Shown: positions 18,443 to 37,199 of the stretch, one piece after another
Position numbering within the stretch: the first letter of the stretch is position 1
How the letters are laid out: every line of letters starts with the position of its first letter
Assembly: GCA_951406725.2 (NCBI GenBank)
Contig: CATOCA020000031.1
Location: 1 to 46,372, forward strand
Reading direction: 5' to 3'
DNA: 46,372 nt
Source of the DNA: Octopus vulgaris
Taxonomy: Eukaryota
The notes under the pieces: model-generated
Told to the model about the DNA's origin: nothing
The model's input: the letters and a program-made list of their open reading frames with translations, nothing else
Databases searched by the model: none
Made by a program: the position numbers and the translations under genes

Positions 18443-18578
18443 TACATATATATATATTTTCTTACATATTTTTTTACATACATACACACACACACACACA
18501 TAATACATGCGTATATTCCTACTATACCCATACATTTCTATACATATATACGATACACATATACAAGCGTGCACATAC
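15141..18578. repeat. Degenerate (CA/TA)n low-complexity region
   Basis: Mixed ACAC/ATAC/ATAT with short unique islands. Confidence 0.9.
16325..16700 (-). mobile_element. tRNA-derived SINE with a LINE-like 3' end and (GAGTAAAA)n tail
   Basis: Minus strand GGCGCAGGAGTGGCTGTGTGG (A box) ... GGTTCAGTCC (B box); internal TG/TA run; 3' GGTGGTGCTCCAGCATGGCCGCAGTCAAATGACTGAAAC; 5' end abuts (TA)n. Confidence 0.85.
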
Positions 18579-18678
18579 NNNNNNNNNNNNNNNNNNNNNN
18601 NNNNNNNNNNNNNNNNNNNNNNNNNNNNNNNNNNNNNNNNNNNNNNNNNNNNNNNNNNNNNNNNNNNNNNNNNNNNNN

Positions 18679-18752
18679 AAAGAGGAACTGCAGTGGTCTT
18701 GCTAGGACTCTCTTACATGCTTTTAGGAGGATTGCCGGGAATCCATCGGGGC

Positions 18753-18753
<1 letters not shown>
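18679..18753 (-). mobile_element. 5'-truncation junction of another family B LINE copy
   Basis: Matches 13219-13293 ([25 protein letters not shown]) and joins directly to (TA)n. Confidence 0.88.
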
Positions 18754-20919
<2,166 letters not shown>

Positions 20920-21019
20920 NNNNNNNNNNNNNNNNNNNNNNNNNNNNNNNNNNNNNNNNNNNNNNNNNNNNNNNNNNNNNNNNNNNNNNNNNNNNNNNNN
21001 NNNNNNNNNNNNNNNNNNN

Positions 21020-22062
21020 AAGTTTGCCAGCTGCAAGGAAGCTCTGAAAGAGGAACTGCAGTGGTCTTGCTAAGACTCTCTTACATACTTTTAGGAGGAT
21101 TGCCGGGAATCCATCGGGGCCAATAGCTGAGTCTATTTTCATTTCATCTATAGCCTTTATTACATCGTCTTCCTTTATATCGATGTAATTTAACGTCGCC
21201 GCCTCTGATTCTATATCTGCAGTGGTAAAAAAGTCAGTTGGATTGCTGATTTGGAAATGCCCAAGGGGTGGAGTGAAAACACTCTTGAATTGTTCATTCA
21301 GTATTTCACTTACCCTCATTGGTTTTCCTGTGAGTGTGCCATCCTTTTCAAGGAGTGGCCCTATCCTACAGTGCACCGTAGCTGTTTCTTTGGCATACCT
21401 GTAGAAAGCTCTGGGGTTAGTTTTTATGTTGTCTATAGCCCAGGCTTCTTTGTCTGCTCTTTCCTTCTCATGGAAGAGTTGCAGACAATTTTCAATTTCC
21501 AACAGTTTTATTTTCTGGCGGGACTTTTCACTGCTTTCAATTTGTTTGTTTAGGCGATTTGAGATTTTTGTGCGCCGTCTCATTAAAATTTTCTCTCTCT
21601 GGGGATTTTGTTCTTGTGTACAGTGGCCTTTCTCTCTGGGACACATTTGTAGCATATGGCTTGCATTACAGACATGAATTGTTGAAGTATCATGTCGATG
21701 TCCGGCGAGGAGAGACATTCAGGCCAGTTTTGTTTGAGGATCTCTTTCTCAATTTGTTTCCAGTTTGCCTTATTGAAGTTCAAGCTGGAAAGATTCTGAG
21801 GGTTTCTTGTAGGCTGCATGTCCGTGCTCTCTTTTGGCCCGTACATGGTCAGCTCTACCATGTTGTGATCCGAGAGTAGTGTCGGTGTCACTTTCACATT
21901 ATGGATGAGATCCATATTATTTGTGAAGCAGAGATCCAGTGTGTTACCCGCTCTGGTTGGTTGGAGTATTACTTGCTCCATGTACAGGGTGTTGGTGAGG
22001 TTCAGGAGGGACCTCGCCTGTCCTCGTTCACATCTTGTCATTCCTGGGAGAGAAAGGCCCTC
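21020..22062 (-). mobile_element. Internal fragment of a family B LINE (APE C-half to RT start), slightly diverged
   Basis: Aligns to ~13192-14235 with scattered substitutions and a frameshift at ~21595. Bounded by gaps. Confidence 0.93.
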
Positions 22063-22162
22063 NNNNNNNNNNNNNNNNNNNNNNNNNNNNNNNNNNNNNN
22101 NNNNNNNNNNNNNNNNNNNNNNNNNNNNNNNNNNNNNNNNNNNNNNNNNNNNNNNNNNNNNN

Positions 22163-23447
22163 GCTGCCCTCATCTGCACCTCCTGCCGTGAAGTTGGTTC
22201 ATCTGGGACACCTGACAGGAAGAGATCCAGTTCCATTTTAAAGACATCTGCATCCACCCCATGCAGGTCTCTCAGGTTCTTCGGGAGGATATTGAAGAGC
22301 TGTGGGCCACGGAAGCCCAGGCTATCACAGTATCTTGTCCTACATCTTGATGGCAAATTTGGAGTCCTAGGAACCACGCAGTGGCGCCCAGTTCTGGCAT
22401 TTGTGTAACTCTCGATGCCAAAGTTTGGGACACGTCCCTCCAGGATCTTCCAGATGTATATTATGGCATATCTTTCCCGCCTACGCTCCAAGGAATATAG
22501 TTTTAATCTCTTGAGTCTTTCCCAGTAGCTTACATTCTGCATAGAGGCTATCTTCTTCGTGTAGCTACGCTGGATCGCCTCGAGCTCTGTGATCAACTTG
22601 ACACTGGATGGTGACCATAACTGAGAGCAATAGTCAAAGTGGCTTAGGACAAGTGTCCTCCAGAGGACCATCATGGTTTCTTGTTCTCTTGTTCTAAAGG
22701 TTCTAAGAATCCAGCCAGCCAGCCGTCTACATTTCATTGTCAGTTTAGCAACATGTACATGAAAGGTCGCGTCATCACTCATGTGAATACCCAGGTCACG
22801 CACTGATTGTGCCTCTGGGATTGCAATCCCTCCGGGTCCAGTGTATTCATTGGGTGTTGCGTTCAGTTTTGCATGCTGATAGTATAAAGCTTGAAACTTT
22901 TCAGCATTGAACTGCATGCTATTCTTTTCAGCCCACTTGTATATTTTGTCCAGCTCACATTGCAGGTGTTTAGTGTCTTCAGAGTTCTGTATTGCCTGTG
23001 AAACTTTTGTATCATCTGCATGACTTGTGATTGTGGCTCTCTGCGTGGCTGAGGGCATGTCTGAGAGGGCCATTATGAACAGTAGTGGTCCCAAAACAGT
23101 GCCCTGTGGAACACCGCTCACTATTTGTGTGTTAATGGAAGTGGCTGCTACCACCTGATTTCAATTCTTCAGAAAGTCATGAAGCCATTCTCCCAATTTT
23201 CCAACTATGCCAAGATCACGCAGTTTCTGACACATCATTCCATGATCGACTTTATCAAAGGCCTTTGCAAAGTCGAGATATATGACTTCAACATTTGAGT
23301 GGTTGAGCAGTTGTTTCAGCACCCAGTCATAGTGTTGTAGGAGCTAAATTACAGCTTCTTCCTGGTCGGAAACCATGTTGGGTGTCAGGCAGCAAGTCAT
23401 TTTCTTCAAGGAAGGTGATTAGTTTCCTTCTAACTATTCGTTCCATG
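22163..23447 (-). pseudogene. 5'-truncated family B LINE RT region, inactive
   Basis: RT motifs with YADD->HADD, a 9-nt deletion at ~23144 and a 2-nt deletion at ~23350. 5' end joins (TA)n. Confidence 0.92.
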
Positions 23448-27412
<3,965 letters not shown>

Positions 27413-27416
<4 letters not shown>

Positions 27417-29335
27417 CCTTAAATCCTTAAAAATGTTTTAGCCCGAAGGCCGCGGCCATGCTGGGGCACCACCGCTGAATGAGCTACACTAGTTTGTGAA
27501 TCCACCTCTGATACGTGGCACTTGATCAACAAGGGAGTTCGATGCTGCTGCCCGCATCCGTGTCTCCTGTCGTGAGGTAGGTTCATCTGGGACTCCCAAC
27601 AAGAAGAGATCCAGTTTAGTTTTAAAGAAACCCACATCCACACCATGTAAGTCTCTCAGGCATTTAGGAGGATGTTAAAGAGCTGTGGTCCTCTGAAACC
27701 CAAGCTGTTGCAGTATCTGGACCTGTATTTTGATGGTGATGTTGGAATCCTTGGCACCACGCAGCGGCGCCCTGTTCTGCGGTTGGAGTAACTTTGAATG
27801 CCAAAGTTTGGGACAAGACCCTCCAGGATTTTCCAGATGTATATCACTGCATATCTCTCCCGCCTCCGCTCCAGGGAGAAGAGGTTTAATACCTTCAGTC
27901 TTTCCCAGTAGCTGACATTTTGCATTGAGACGATTTTCTTTGTGTAGCTTCTCTGAGTTGCTTCGAGTTCTGCTGTTTGTTTTATATTGTGTGGTGACCA
28001 AAGTTGGGAGCAGTAGTCCAAGCGGCTGAGGACAAATGTTTTCCATAGGACCATCAGTGTCTCCTTCTCTCTTGTTCTGAAAGTTCGGAGAATCCATCCA
28101 GCTAGCCGTCTGCATTTTATCACCAGATTAGCAATATGCATTTGGAAAGATGCATCATTGCTCATGTCAATGCCCAGGTCACGCACTGATTTTGACTCAG
28201 GGATTGCAATTCTTCCTGGGCCAGTGTATCCAGTCTTCACGTCATTTACCTTTGTGTGCCAGTAGCGCAGGGCCTGGAACTTACCTGCATTAAACTGCAT
28301 GTTGTTGTCCTCAGCCCACCTGTATATTGTGTCCAGCTCATGTTGCAGATGCGCAATATTTTCAGGGTTTTGTATTGCGTGGGAGACTTTTGTGTCATCT
28401 GCATAGCTAGCAAGGGTGGTCATCGTAGCAACTGAAGGCATGTCTGAAAGGGCCACTATGAACATCAGTGGCCCCAAGACAGTGCCCTGTGGGACACCGC
28501 TTGTTATTTGCGTTTCCCTGGAGGTGGCTCCATTGCTCACAACTGCCTGTTTTCTGTCTTTTAGGAAGTTGTGCAGCCACTCTCCAAGTTTCCCGCCTAT
28601 GCCGAGACCACGCAGTTTGTGACAGATCATACCATGGTCGACTTTATCAAAGGCTTTTGCAAAGTCGAGATATATTACATCCACATTTGAGCCATTTAGT
28701 AGCTGTTTCAACACCCAGTCATAGTGTTGCAGGAGCTGTGTTAGGCAGCCTCTACCTGGTCGAAATCCATGCTGGGTGTCAGACAGTAAGTCATTTTCTT
28801 CAAGGAACATGATTAGTTTCTTACGGACTATTCGTTCCATGACTTTGCTGATGTGTGAGGTCAGAGAGATAGGCCTATAATTTTTAGCATCTGCTCTGCT
28901 ACCTCCCTTATGGATAGGGCATATTACCCCCTCTTTCAGTTTGACTGGGAGCTTACCACTTGCAAGAAAGCTCTGAAAAAGAAGCTGTAGCGGTTTTGCA
29001 AGGGCTCGTTTGCACGATTTGAGAAGGAGTTGCTGGGAATCCATCAGGTCCAGCAGCTGAGTTTGTGTCAATCTCATCAATGGCTAGTGTGATATCACCT
29101 TCTTCGATGTTGATGTACTCAATTTTTGTCTCTTTGGCCGCTGGTAAAGTGGCAAAGAATTCTTCTGGGTTGTTTACTTGCCTGTGTCCTAGAGGTGTAG
29201 TGAACACACTTTGGAACTGTTCGTTCAGTATTTCACTTATCCTCGTGGGATTTCCTGTGAGAGAGCCATCTTTTTGGAAGAGAGGTCCTATTCTCTGGTG
29301 CACTGTGGCTGTCTCTTTGGCAAACTTAAAGAAAG
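27413..29335 (-). mobile_element. LINE family C (sister of B): RT region, 3' UTR, (AAGGATTT)n tail
   Basis: [34 protein letters not shown]. 1-nt frameshifts near 29027 and 27668; after correction the ORF ends at ~27489. The tail abuts (TA)n. Confidence 0.93.
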
Positions 29336-29435
29336 NNNNNNNNNNNNNNNNNNNNNNNNNNNNNNNNNNNNNNNNNNNNNNNNNNNNNNNNNNNNNNNNN
29401 NNNNNNNNNNNNNNNNNNNNNNNNNNNNNNNNNNN

Positions 29436-29880
29436 TTGGTCCATAGCTCCTTCCCTGACCCTACCTCCCAACCCGGCTCGTTCCCCTGCTCCCGCCCACG
29501 TTGCCGCACTTGCCATTACCTCTCCAACACCACCCGCCTCACTAGCACCCACCATCGACCCTATCCCATCATCCACTCCTTCACCTGCACCTCCAGCAAT
29601 ATTATCTATTGCATCTCTTGCTCTCTCTGCAATTCCTTGTACATCGGACAAACGGGACGCCGCTTGGCTGACCGGTTCGCGGAACACCTTCGTGACATCC
29701 ACCTTGCGAACGACACACCGGTCTCACGCCATTTCCGCTCCACCGGTCACTCCTTGCAACACCTATCTGTGTTCGGTTTGTCCTTACACAGAGGCCATCC
29801 GGATTCCCGTTTGCGCCGTGAACAGGAATTAATCTTCTCTCTTCGCTCCTATACGCCATTTGGTCTCAACTCTCCCCCCT
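29436..29880 (+). CDS. Cys-rich linker + GIY-YIG endonuclease (PLE ORF C-terminus); the frame stays open to 30227 through low-complexity DNA
   Basis: CSRPRCRTC, FTCTSSNIIYCISCSLCNSLYIGQTGRRLADRFAEH, PVSRHF, RLRREQELIFSL...PFGLN. Confidence 0.88.
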
Positions 29881-30178
29881 CCTCATCTAACCCCCTCTCC
29901 CCCTCCTCACCTATCCTTTCTCCCCCCGACCCCCACTTCTTCAGTCCTTCATCCTTTCACCCCTACTCCCCTTCCCTTCTTCCCTCTTTCTCCCTCCCTC
30001 TTCCTCTTCCCTCTGCTCCCTCACTCCCTCTCTCCCCTTCTCTCTCCCCCTCTCCCTCTTTCCTCCTTCATCCCTCTCCTCCCCTTCCTTCTCCCCATCC
30101 TCTCCTCTTCACCCTCCCCTCCCCTCTTCTTCCCCTCCCCTTCTCCCCCCTCTTCTCCCCTCCCCCTCTTCTCCTCAC
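29870..30178 (+). repeat. Polypyrimidine (C/T) tract
   Basis: Almost purely C and T. Confidence 0.9.
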
Positions 30179-30221
30179 TACACCACATGACTTTACACAT
30201 CACATCACATATGATGTGCCA

Positions 30222-30553
30222 TACTAATACACACACCAACTAATACATACTAATACGTACTAATACATACTAGTACATACTAATACTTACACCAACCCTA
30301 TACATACACACGTCCAGACCCCGCATACGCACTTATACTCTCTCACACACACACACACACACCTATACATACATATACGTACTAATACATACTAATACAT
30401 ACTAATACATACACCAACCCCATACATACGCACGTCCAGACCAATCCCACGCACTGATACTCTCTCATACACACACACACACACACACACACCCTTATAC
30501 ATACTAATACATACACCAACCCTATACATACACATCCAGACCCCTCCCACGCA
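30222..30553 (+). repeat. Nested repeats in the PLE 3' UTR (TACTAATACA 10-mers; three copies of CACCAACCC..TCCAGACC spaced ~100-120 bp apart)
   Basis: Copies start near 30290, 30412 and 30514. Confidence 0.75.
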
Positions 30554-30714
30554 CTTTTAGCTGGTCCCTCAACCCTATTATCTCCCCTTATTTCGCTCTC
30601 GCGTCTCATGTTTGATCTTTGACCTCTGGCCGAAATCAGATCGCCATGTTGATTCGTTAGCTACTGCACGCATTTTTTTCTCTCCTTCTTTCTGTGTTTT
30701 TCTCTCTCTGTGTA

Positions 30715-30752
30715 TCTTTCTGTTGAAGAGCGTAGGCTCGAAACGTTAAAGA
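30715..30752 (+). ncRNA. Minimal type I hammerhead-like motif with a variant core
   Basis: TCTTT CTGTTGA A GAGC-GTAG-GCTC GAAA CG TT AAAGA: stem I TCTTT/AAAGA, palindromic AACGTT stem III, core A6 replaced by T. Confidence 0.65.
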
Positions 30753-30850
30753 CTTGTTTTATTTATATTTCCTGAGCGCCATACTAATACAATTGTTCGT
30801 TTGTTTTCCACCTGCCTTCGTCTTTTGTTTATTTTCATAAAGCTTCCCGT

Positions 30851-31499
30851 TATATATGTATTATATGATATATAATATATATATTATATATATATGTATA
30901 TATATATGTATATATATGTATATATATATGTATATGTATATGTATATATATATGTATATATATATGTATATATATGTATATATATATGTATATATATGTA
31001 TATATATATGTATATATATGTATATATATATGTATATATATGTATATATATATATGTATATATATATGTATATATATATGTATATATATATATGTATATA
31101 TATATGTGTATATATATGTATATATATATGTGTATATATATGTATATATATATGTATATATATATGTATATATATATGTGTATATATATGTATATATATG
31201 TGTATATATATGTATATATATATGTGTATATATATGTATATATATATGTGTATATATATGTATATATATATGTGTATATATATATGTGTATATATATGTA
31301 TATATATATGTGTATATATATGTATATATATATGTGTATATATATGTGTATATATATGTGTATATATATGTGTATATATATGTGTATATATATGTGTATA
31401 TATATGTGTATATATATGTGTATATATATGTATATATATATGTGTATATATATGTATATATATATGTATATATATATGTGTATATATGCATATATATAT
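30851..31499. repeat. (TA)n/(TATG) tract with 10-22-nt higher periodicity
   Basis: Runs of TATATATGTG. Confidence 0.95.
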
Positions 31500-34025
31500 T
31501 GATTGATTGATTGATTGATTCTAGTTTCAGCTTATGAGTTGTGGCCATGCTGGGGCACCGCCATTTGGTGTTGCTACTTGGTTTCACTTCATGGAGGCTT
31601 TCTAGCAACTGCTATTTGGTGCATGAGAGAGTTCGATGCAGCTGCCCTCATCTGCCCCTCCTGCCGTGAAGTTGGTTCATCTGGGACACCTGACATGTAG
31701 AGATCCAGCTTCATTTTAAAGACATCTGTATCCACCCCATGCAGGTCTCTCAGGTTCTTCGGGAGGATATTGAAGAGCTGTTGGCCTCGGAAGCCCAGGC
31801 TATCACAGAATCTTGTCCTACATCTTGATGGCAGGTTTGGAGTCCTAGGCACCACGCAGTGGCGCCCAGTTCTGGCATTTGCGTAACTCTCGATGCCAAA
31901 GTTCAGGACACTTCCCTCCAGGATCTTCCAGATGTATATTATGGCATATCTTTCCCGCCTACGCTCCAGGGAATATAATTTTAATCTCTTGAGTCTTTCC
32001 CAGTAGCTTACATTCTGCATAGAGGCTATCTTCTTTGTGTAGCTTCGTTGGATCGCCTCAAGTTCTGTGATCAACTTGACACTGGATGGTGACCATAGCT
32101 GAGAGCAATAGTGAAAGTGGCTTAGGACAAGTGTCTTCAAGAGGACCATCATGGTTTCTTGTTCCCTTGTTCTAAAGGTTCTAAGAATCCATCCAGCCAG
32201 CCGTCTACATTTCATTGTCAGTTTAGCAACATGTACATGAAAGGTCGCGTCATCACTCATGTGAATACCCAGGTCACGCACTGATTGTGCCTCTGGGATT
32301 GCAATCCCTCTGGGTCCAGTGTATTCATTGGGTATTGCATTCAGTTTTGCATGCTGATAGTATAAAGCTTGAAACTTTCCAGCATTGAACTGCATGCTAT
32401 TGTTTTCAGCCCACTTGTATATTTCGTCCAGCTCACATTGCAGGTGTTTAGTGTCCTCAGGGTTCTGTATTGCCTGTGAAACTTTTGTATCGTCTGCATA
32501 ACTTGTGATCGTGGCTCTCTGCGTGGCTGAGGGCATGTCTGAGAGGGCCATTATGAACAGTAGTGGTCCCAGAACAGTGCCCTGCGGAACACCGCTCACT
32601 ATTTGTGTGTTAATGGAGGTGGCCCCATTGGCTACTACCACCTGACTTCTATCCTTCAGAAAGTCATGAAGCCATTCTCCCAGTTTTCCAACTATGTTGA
32701 GATCACACAGTTTGTGACATATCATTCCATGATCGACTTTATCAAAGGCCTTTGCAAAGTCGAGATATATCACTTCCACATTTGAGTGGTTGAGCAGCCG
32801 TTTCAGCACCCAGTCATAGTGTTGTAGGAGCTGAGTTAAACAGCTTCTCCCTGGTCGGAAACCATGTTGGGTGTCGGGCAGCAAGTCATTCTCTTCAAGG
32901 AAGGTGATCAGCTTCCTTCTGACTATTCGTTCCATGACCTTGCTGATGTGTGAGGTCAGAGAGATAGGTCTATAGTTCTTGGCTTCCGCTCTGCTACCTC
33001 CTTTATGAATGGGGCATATTTTATCCTTCCTTCAGTTTTCCTGGAAGTTTGCCAGCTGCAAGGAAGCTCTGAAAGAGGAACTGCAGTGGTCTTGCTAGGA
33101 CTCTCTTACATGCTTTTAGGAGGATTGCCGGGAATCCATCGGGGCCAGTAGCTGAGTCTGTTTTCATTTCATCTATAGCCTTGGTTACATCATCTTCCTT
33201 TATATCGATGTAATCTATCGTCGCCGCCTCTGATTTTATATCTGCAGTGGTAAAAAAGTCAGTTGGATTGGTGATTTGGAGATGCCCAAGGGGTGGAGTG
33301 AAAACACTCTTGAATTGCTCATTCAGTATTTCACTTACCCTCATTGGTTTTCCTGTAAGTGTGCCATCCTTTTCAAGGAGTGGCCCTATTCTACAGTGCA
33401 CTGTAGCTGTTTCTTTGGCATACCTGTAGAAAGCTCTGGGGTTAGATTTTATGTTTTCTATAGCCCAGGCTTCTTTGTCTGCTCTTTCTTTTTCATGGGA
33501 GAGTTGCAGACATTTTTCGATTTCCAACAGTTTTATTTTTAGGCGGGACTTTTCACTGCTTTCAATCTGTTTGTTTAGGCGATTTGAAAATTTCGTACGC
33601 CGTCTCATTAAAATTTTCCTCTCTCTGGGGATTTTGTTCTTGTGTACAGTGGCCTTTCTCTCTGGGACACATTTGTAGCATATGGCTTGCATTACAGACA
33701 TGAATTGTTGAAGTTTCACGTCGATGTCTGGCGAGGAGAGACATTCAGGCCAGTTTTGTTTGAGGATCTCTTTCAATTTGTTTCCAGTTTGCCTTATGGT
33801 AGTTCAAGCTGGAAAGATTTTGAGGGTTTCTTGTAGGCTGCATGTCCGTGCTCTCTTTTGGCCCGTACATGGTCAGCTCTATCATGTTGTGATCCGAGAG
33901 TAGTGTCGGTGTCACTTTCACATTATGGATGAGATCCATGTCATTTGTGAAGCAGAGATCCAGTGTGTTACCTGCCCTGGTTGGTTGGAGTATTACCTGC
34001 TCCATGTACAGGGTGTTGATGAGGT
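31499..34025 (-). mobile_element. Family B LINE copy, (AATC)n tail, nearly identical to 11639-14174
   Basis: RT ORF 31589-32935 plus upstream ORF2 pieces; frameshifts at ~33015 and ~33772; cut by a gap. Confidence 0.95.
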
Positions 34026-34365
34026 NNNNNNNNNNNNNNNNNNNNNNNNNNNNNNNNNNNNNNNNNNNNNNNNNNNNNNNNNNNNNNNNNNNNNNNNNNN
34101 NNNNNNNNNNNNNNNNNNNNNNNNNACCAGAAAATTCATAATTAATCAATATAGGGTGGCAAAAAAATTTTGTAGAATTCTTTTGCCACCAGCGGCCTAG
34201 TAGGAAAAAATTAAATAGTCATAAACCATTTTTACGTTCAACATCACAATCAAGGAACGGCCATAATAGGCCATTCACCCACTAGAAATAACAGCCAAAA
34301 GCTTTAACCGCAAAATAACATTAATACCGTAAACCAGGAGAAAATTGAAAAACTTTTACCCTGTA

Positions 34366-34472
34366 ATTTCTTAGACGATGCACCGTTTCATCTACCGTTT
34401 AATGGTAAACTAACCTGATTAAATTAAATCAAGCCAATCCACCATAGGCCCTTAGACTCATCAGTAAGAAAT
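34366..34472 (-). ncRNA. Type I hammerhead ribozyme (inverted unit)
   Basis: Reverse complement of 35258-35364. Confidence 0.88.
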
Positions 34473-35257
34473 AGCCAAATCGGAACAGATATTTTTCACG
34501 AGGCATTCCTCTTGCTACCTCGGCAATATCTGACCTAAAATTTTCAAATCGTCGCACTCGCGCCAAATTTATCGGCAGCAAATAAACCACCGATTCCGTT
34601 ACGGAACTAACCAGAAAATTCATAATTAATCAATATAGGGTGGCAAAAAAATTTTGTAGAATTCTTTTGCCACCAGCGGCCTAGTAGGAAAAAATTAAAT
34701 AGTCATAAACCATTTTTACGTTCAACATCACAATCAAGGAACGGCCATAATAGGCCATTCACCCACTAGAAATAACAGCCAAAAGCTTTAACCGCAAAAT
34801 AACATTAATACCGTAAACCAGGAGAAAATTGAAAAACTTTTACCCTGTAATTTCTTAGACGATGCACCGTTTCATCTACCGTTTAATGGTAAACTAACCT
34901 GATTTTCTCCTGGTTTACGGTATTAATGTTATTTTGCGGTTAAAGCTTTGGCTGTTATTTCTAGTGGGTGAATGGCCTATTATGGCCGTTCCTTGATTGT
35001 GATGTTGAACGTAAAAATGGTTTATGACTATTTAATTTTTTCCTACTAGGCCGCTGGTGGCAAAAGAATTCTACAAAATTTTTTTGCCACCCTATATTGA
35101 TTAATTATGAATTTTCTGGTTAGTTCCGTAACGGAATCGGTGGTTTATTTGCTGCCGATAAATTTGGCGCGAGTGCGACGATTTGAAAATTTTAGGTCAG
35201 ATATTGCCGAGGTAGCAAGAGGAATGCCTCGTGAAAAATATCTGTTCCGATTTGGCT

Positions 35258-35364
35258 ATTTCTTACTGATGAGTCTAAGGGCCTATGGTGGATTGGCTTG
35301 ATTTAATTTAATCAGGTTAGTTTACCATTAAACGGTAGATGAAACGGTGCATCGTCTAAGAAAT
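35258..35364 (+). ncRNA. Type I hammerhead ribozyme
   Basis: Stem I ATTTCTTA/TAAGAAAT; CTGATGA 35266-35272; stem II GTCTA/TAGAT with a 58-nt insert; GAAA 35341-35344; stem III CGGTGCATCG; GUC cleavage after 35356. Confidence 0.9.
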
Positions 35365-35741
35365 TACAGGGTAAAAGTTTTTCAATTTTCTCCTGGTTTA
35401 CGGTATTAATGTTATTTTGCGGTTAAAGCTTTTGGCTGTTATTTCTAGTGGGTGAATGGCCTATTATGGCCGTTCCTTGATTGTGATGTTGAACGTAAAA
35501 ATGGTTTATGACTATTTAATTTTTTCCTACTAGGCCGCTGGTGGCAAAAGAATTCTACAAAATTTTTTTGCCACCCTATATTGATTAATTATGAATTTTC
35601 TGGTTAGTTCCGTAACGGAATCGGTGGTTTATTTGCTGCCGATAAATTTGGCGCGAGTGCGACGATTTGAAAATTTTAGGTCAGATATTGCCGAGGTAGC
35701 AAGAGGAATGCCTCGTGAAAAATATCTGTTCCGATTTGGCT

Positions 35742-35848
35742 ATTTCTTACTGATGAGTCTAAGGGCCTATGGTGGATTGGCTTGATTTAATTTAATCAGG
35801 TTAGTTTACCATTAAACGGTAGATGAAACGGTGCATCGTCTAAGAAAT
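35742..35848 (+). ncRNA. Type I hammerhead ribozyme
   Basis: Identical copy, +484. Confidence 0.9.
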
Positions 35849-36225
35849 TACAGGGTAAAAGTTTTTCAATTTTCTCCTGGTTTACGGTATTAATGTTATT
35901 TTGCGGTTAAAGCTTTTGGCTGTTATTTCTAGTGGGTGAATGGCCTATTATGGCCGTTCCTTGATTGTGATGTTGAACGTAAAAATGGTTTATGACTATT
36001 TAATTTTTTCCTACTAGGCCGCTGGTGGCAAAAGAATTCTACAAAATTTTTTTGCCACCCTATATTGATTAATTATGAATTTTCTGGTTAGTTCCGTAAC
36101 GGAATCGGTGGTTTATTTGCTGCCGATAAATTTGGCGCGAGTGCGACGATTTGAAAATTTTAGGTCAGATATTGCCGAGGTAGCAAGAGGAATGCCTCGT
36201 GAAAAATATCTGTTCCGATTTGGCT

Positions 36226-36332
36226 ATTTCTTACTGATGAGTCTAAGGGCCTATGGTGGATTGGCTTGATTTAATTTAATCAGGTTAGTTTACCATTAAA
36301 CGGTAGATGAAACGGTGCATCGTCTAAGAAAT
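36226..36332 (+). ncRNA. Type I hammerhead ribozyme
   Basis: Identical copy. Confidence 0.9.
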
Positions 36333-36715
36333 TACAGGGTAAAAGTTTTTCAATTTTCTCCTGGTTTACGGTATTAATGTTATTTTGCGGTTAAAGCTTT
36401 TGGCTGTTATTTCTAGTGGGTGAATGGCCTATTATGGCCGTTCCTTGATTGTGATGTTGAACGTAAAAATGGTTTATGACTATTTAATTTTTTCCTACTA
36501 GGCCGCTGGTGGCAAAAGAATTCTACAAAATTTTTTTGCCACCCTATATTGATTAATTATGAATTTTCTGGTTAGTTCCGTAACGGAATCGGTGGCTTAT
36601 ATTTATTTGCTGCCGATAAATTTGGCGCGAGTGCGACGATTTGAAAATTTTAGGTCAGATATTGCCGAGGTAGCAAGAGGAATGCCTCGTGAAAAATATC
36701 TGTTCCGATTTGGCT

Positions 36716-36822
36716 ATTTCTTACTGATGAGTCTAAGGGCCTATGGTGGATTGGCTTGATTTAATTTAATCAGGTTAGTTTACCATTAAACGGTAGATGA
36801 AACGGTGCATCGTCTAAGAAAT
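36716..36822 (+). ncRNA. Type I hammerhead ribozyme
   Basis: Identical copy. Confidence 0.9.
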
Positions 36823-37199
36823 TACAGGGTAAAAGTTTTTCAATTTTCTCCTGGTTTACGGTATTAATGTTATTTTGCGGTTAAAGCTTTTGGCTGTTAT
36901 TTCTAGTGGGTGAATGGCCTATTATGGCCGTTCCTTGATTGTGATGTTGAACGTAAAAATGGTTTATGACTATTTAATTTTTTCCTACTAGGCCGCTGGT
37001 GGCAAAAGAATTCTACAAAATTTTTTTGCCACCCTATATTGATTAATTATGAATTTTCTGGTTAGTTCCGTAACGGAATCGGTGGTTTATTTGCTGCCGA
37101 TAAATTTGGCGCGAGTGCGACGATTTGAAAATTTTAGGTCAGATATTGCCGAGGTAGCAAGAGGAATGCCTCGTGAAAAATATCTGTTCCGATTTGGCT

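Larger units (their letters stand above)
29436..30850 (+). mobile_element. 3' part of a Neptune-type Penelope-like element
   Basis: GIY-YIG ORF end, polypyrimidine tract, repetitive 3' UTR and HHR, then (TA)n. Confidence 0.85.

Noticed and set aside
21583-23154. 523-aa ORF with RT placed before APE (apparent domain permutation)
   Set aside because: The ORF reads through a 100-N gap joining two separate LINE fragments.
28953-30227. Apparent LINE-RT/GIY-YIG fusion ORFs
   Set aside because: They span the gap at 29336-29435, and the two elements are on opposite strands.
29880-30227. Pro/Ser/Leu-rich extension of the GIY-YIG ORF
   Set aside because: Explained by a stop-free polypyrimidine tract; no evidence it is a real domain.
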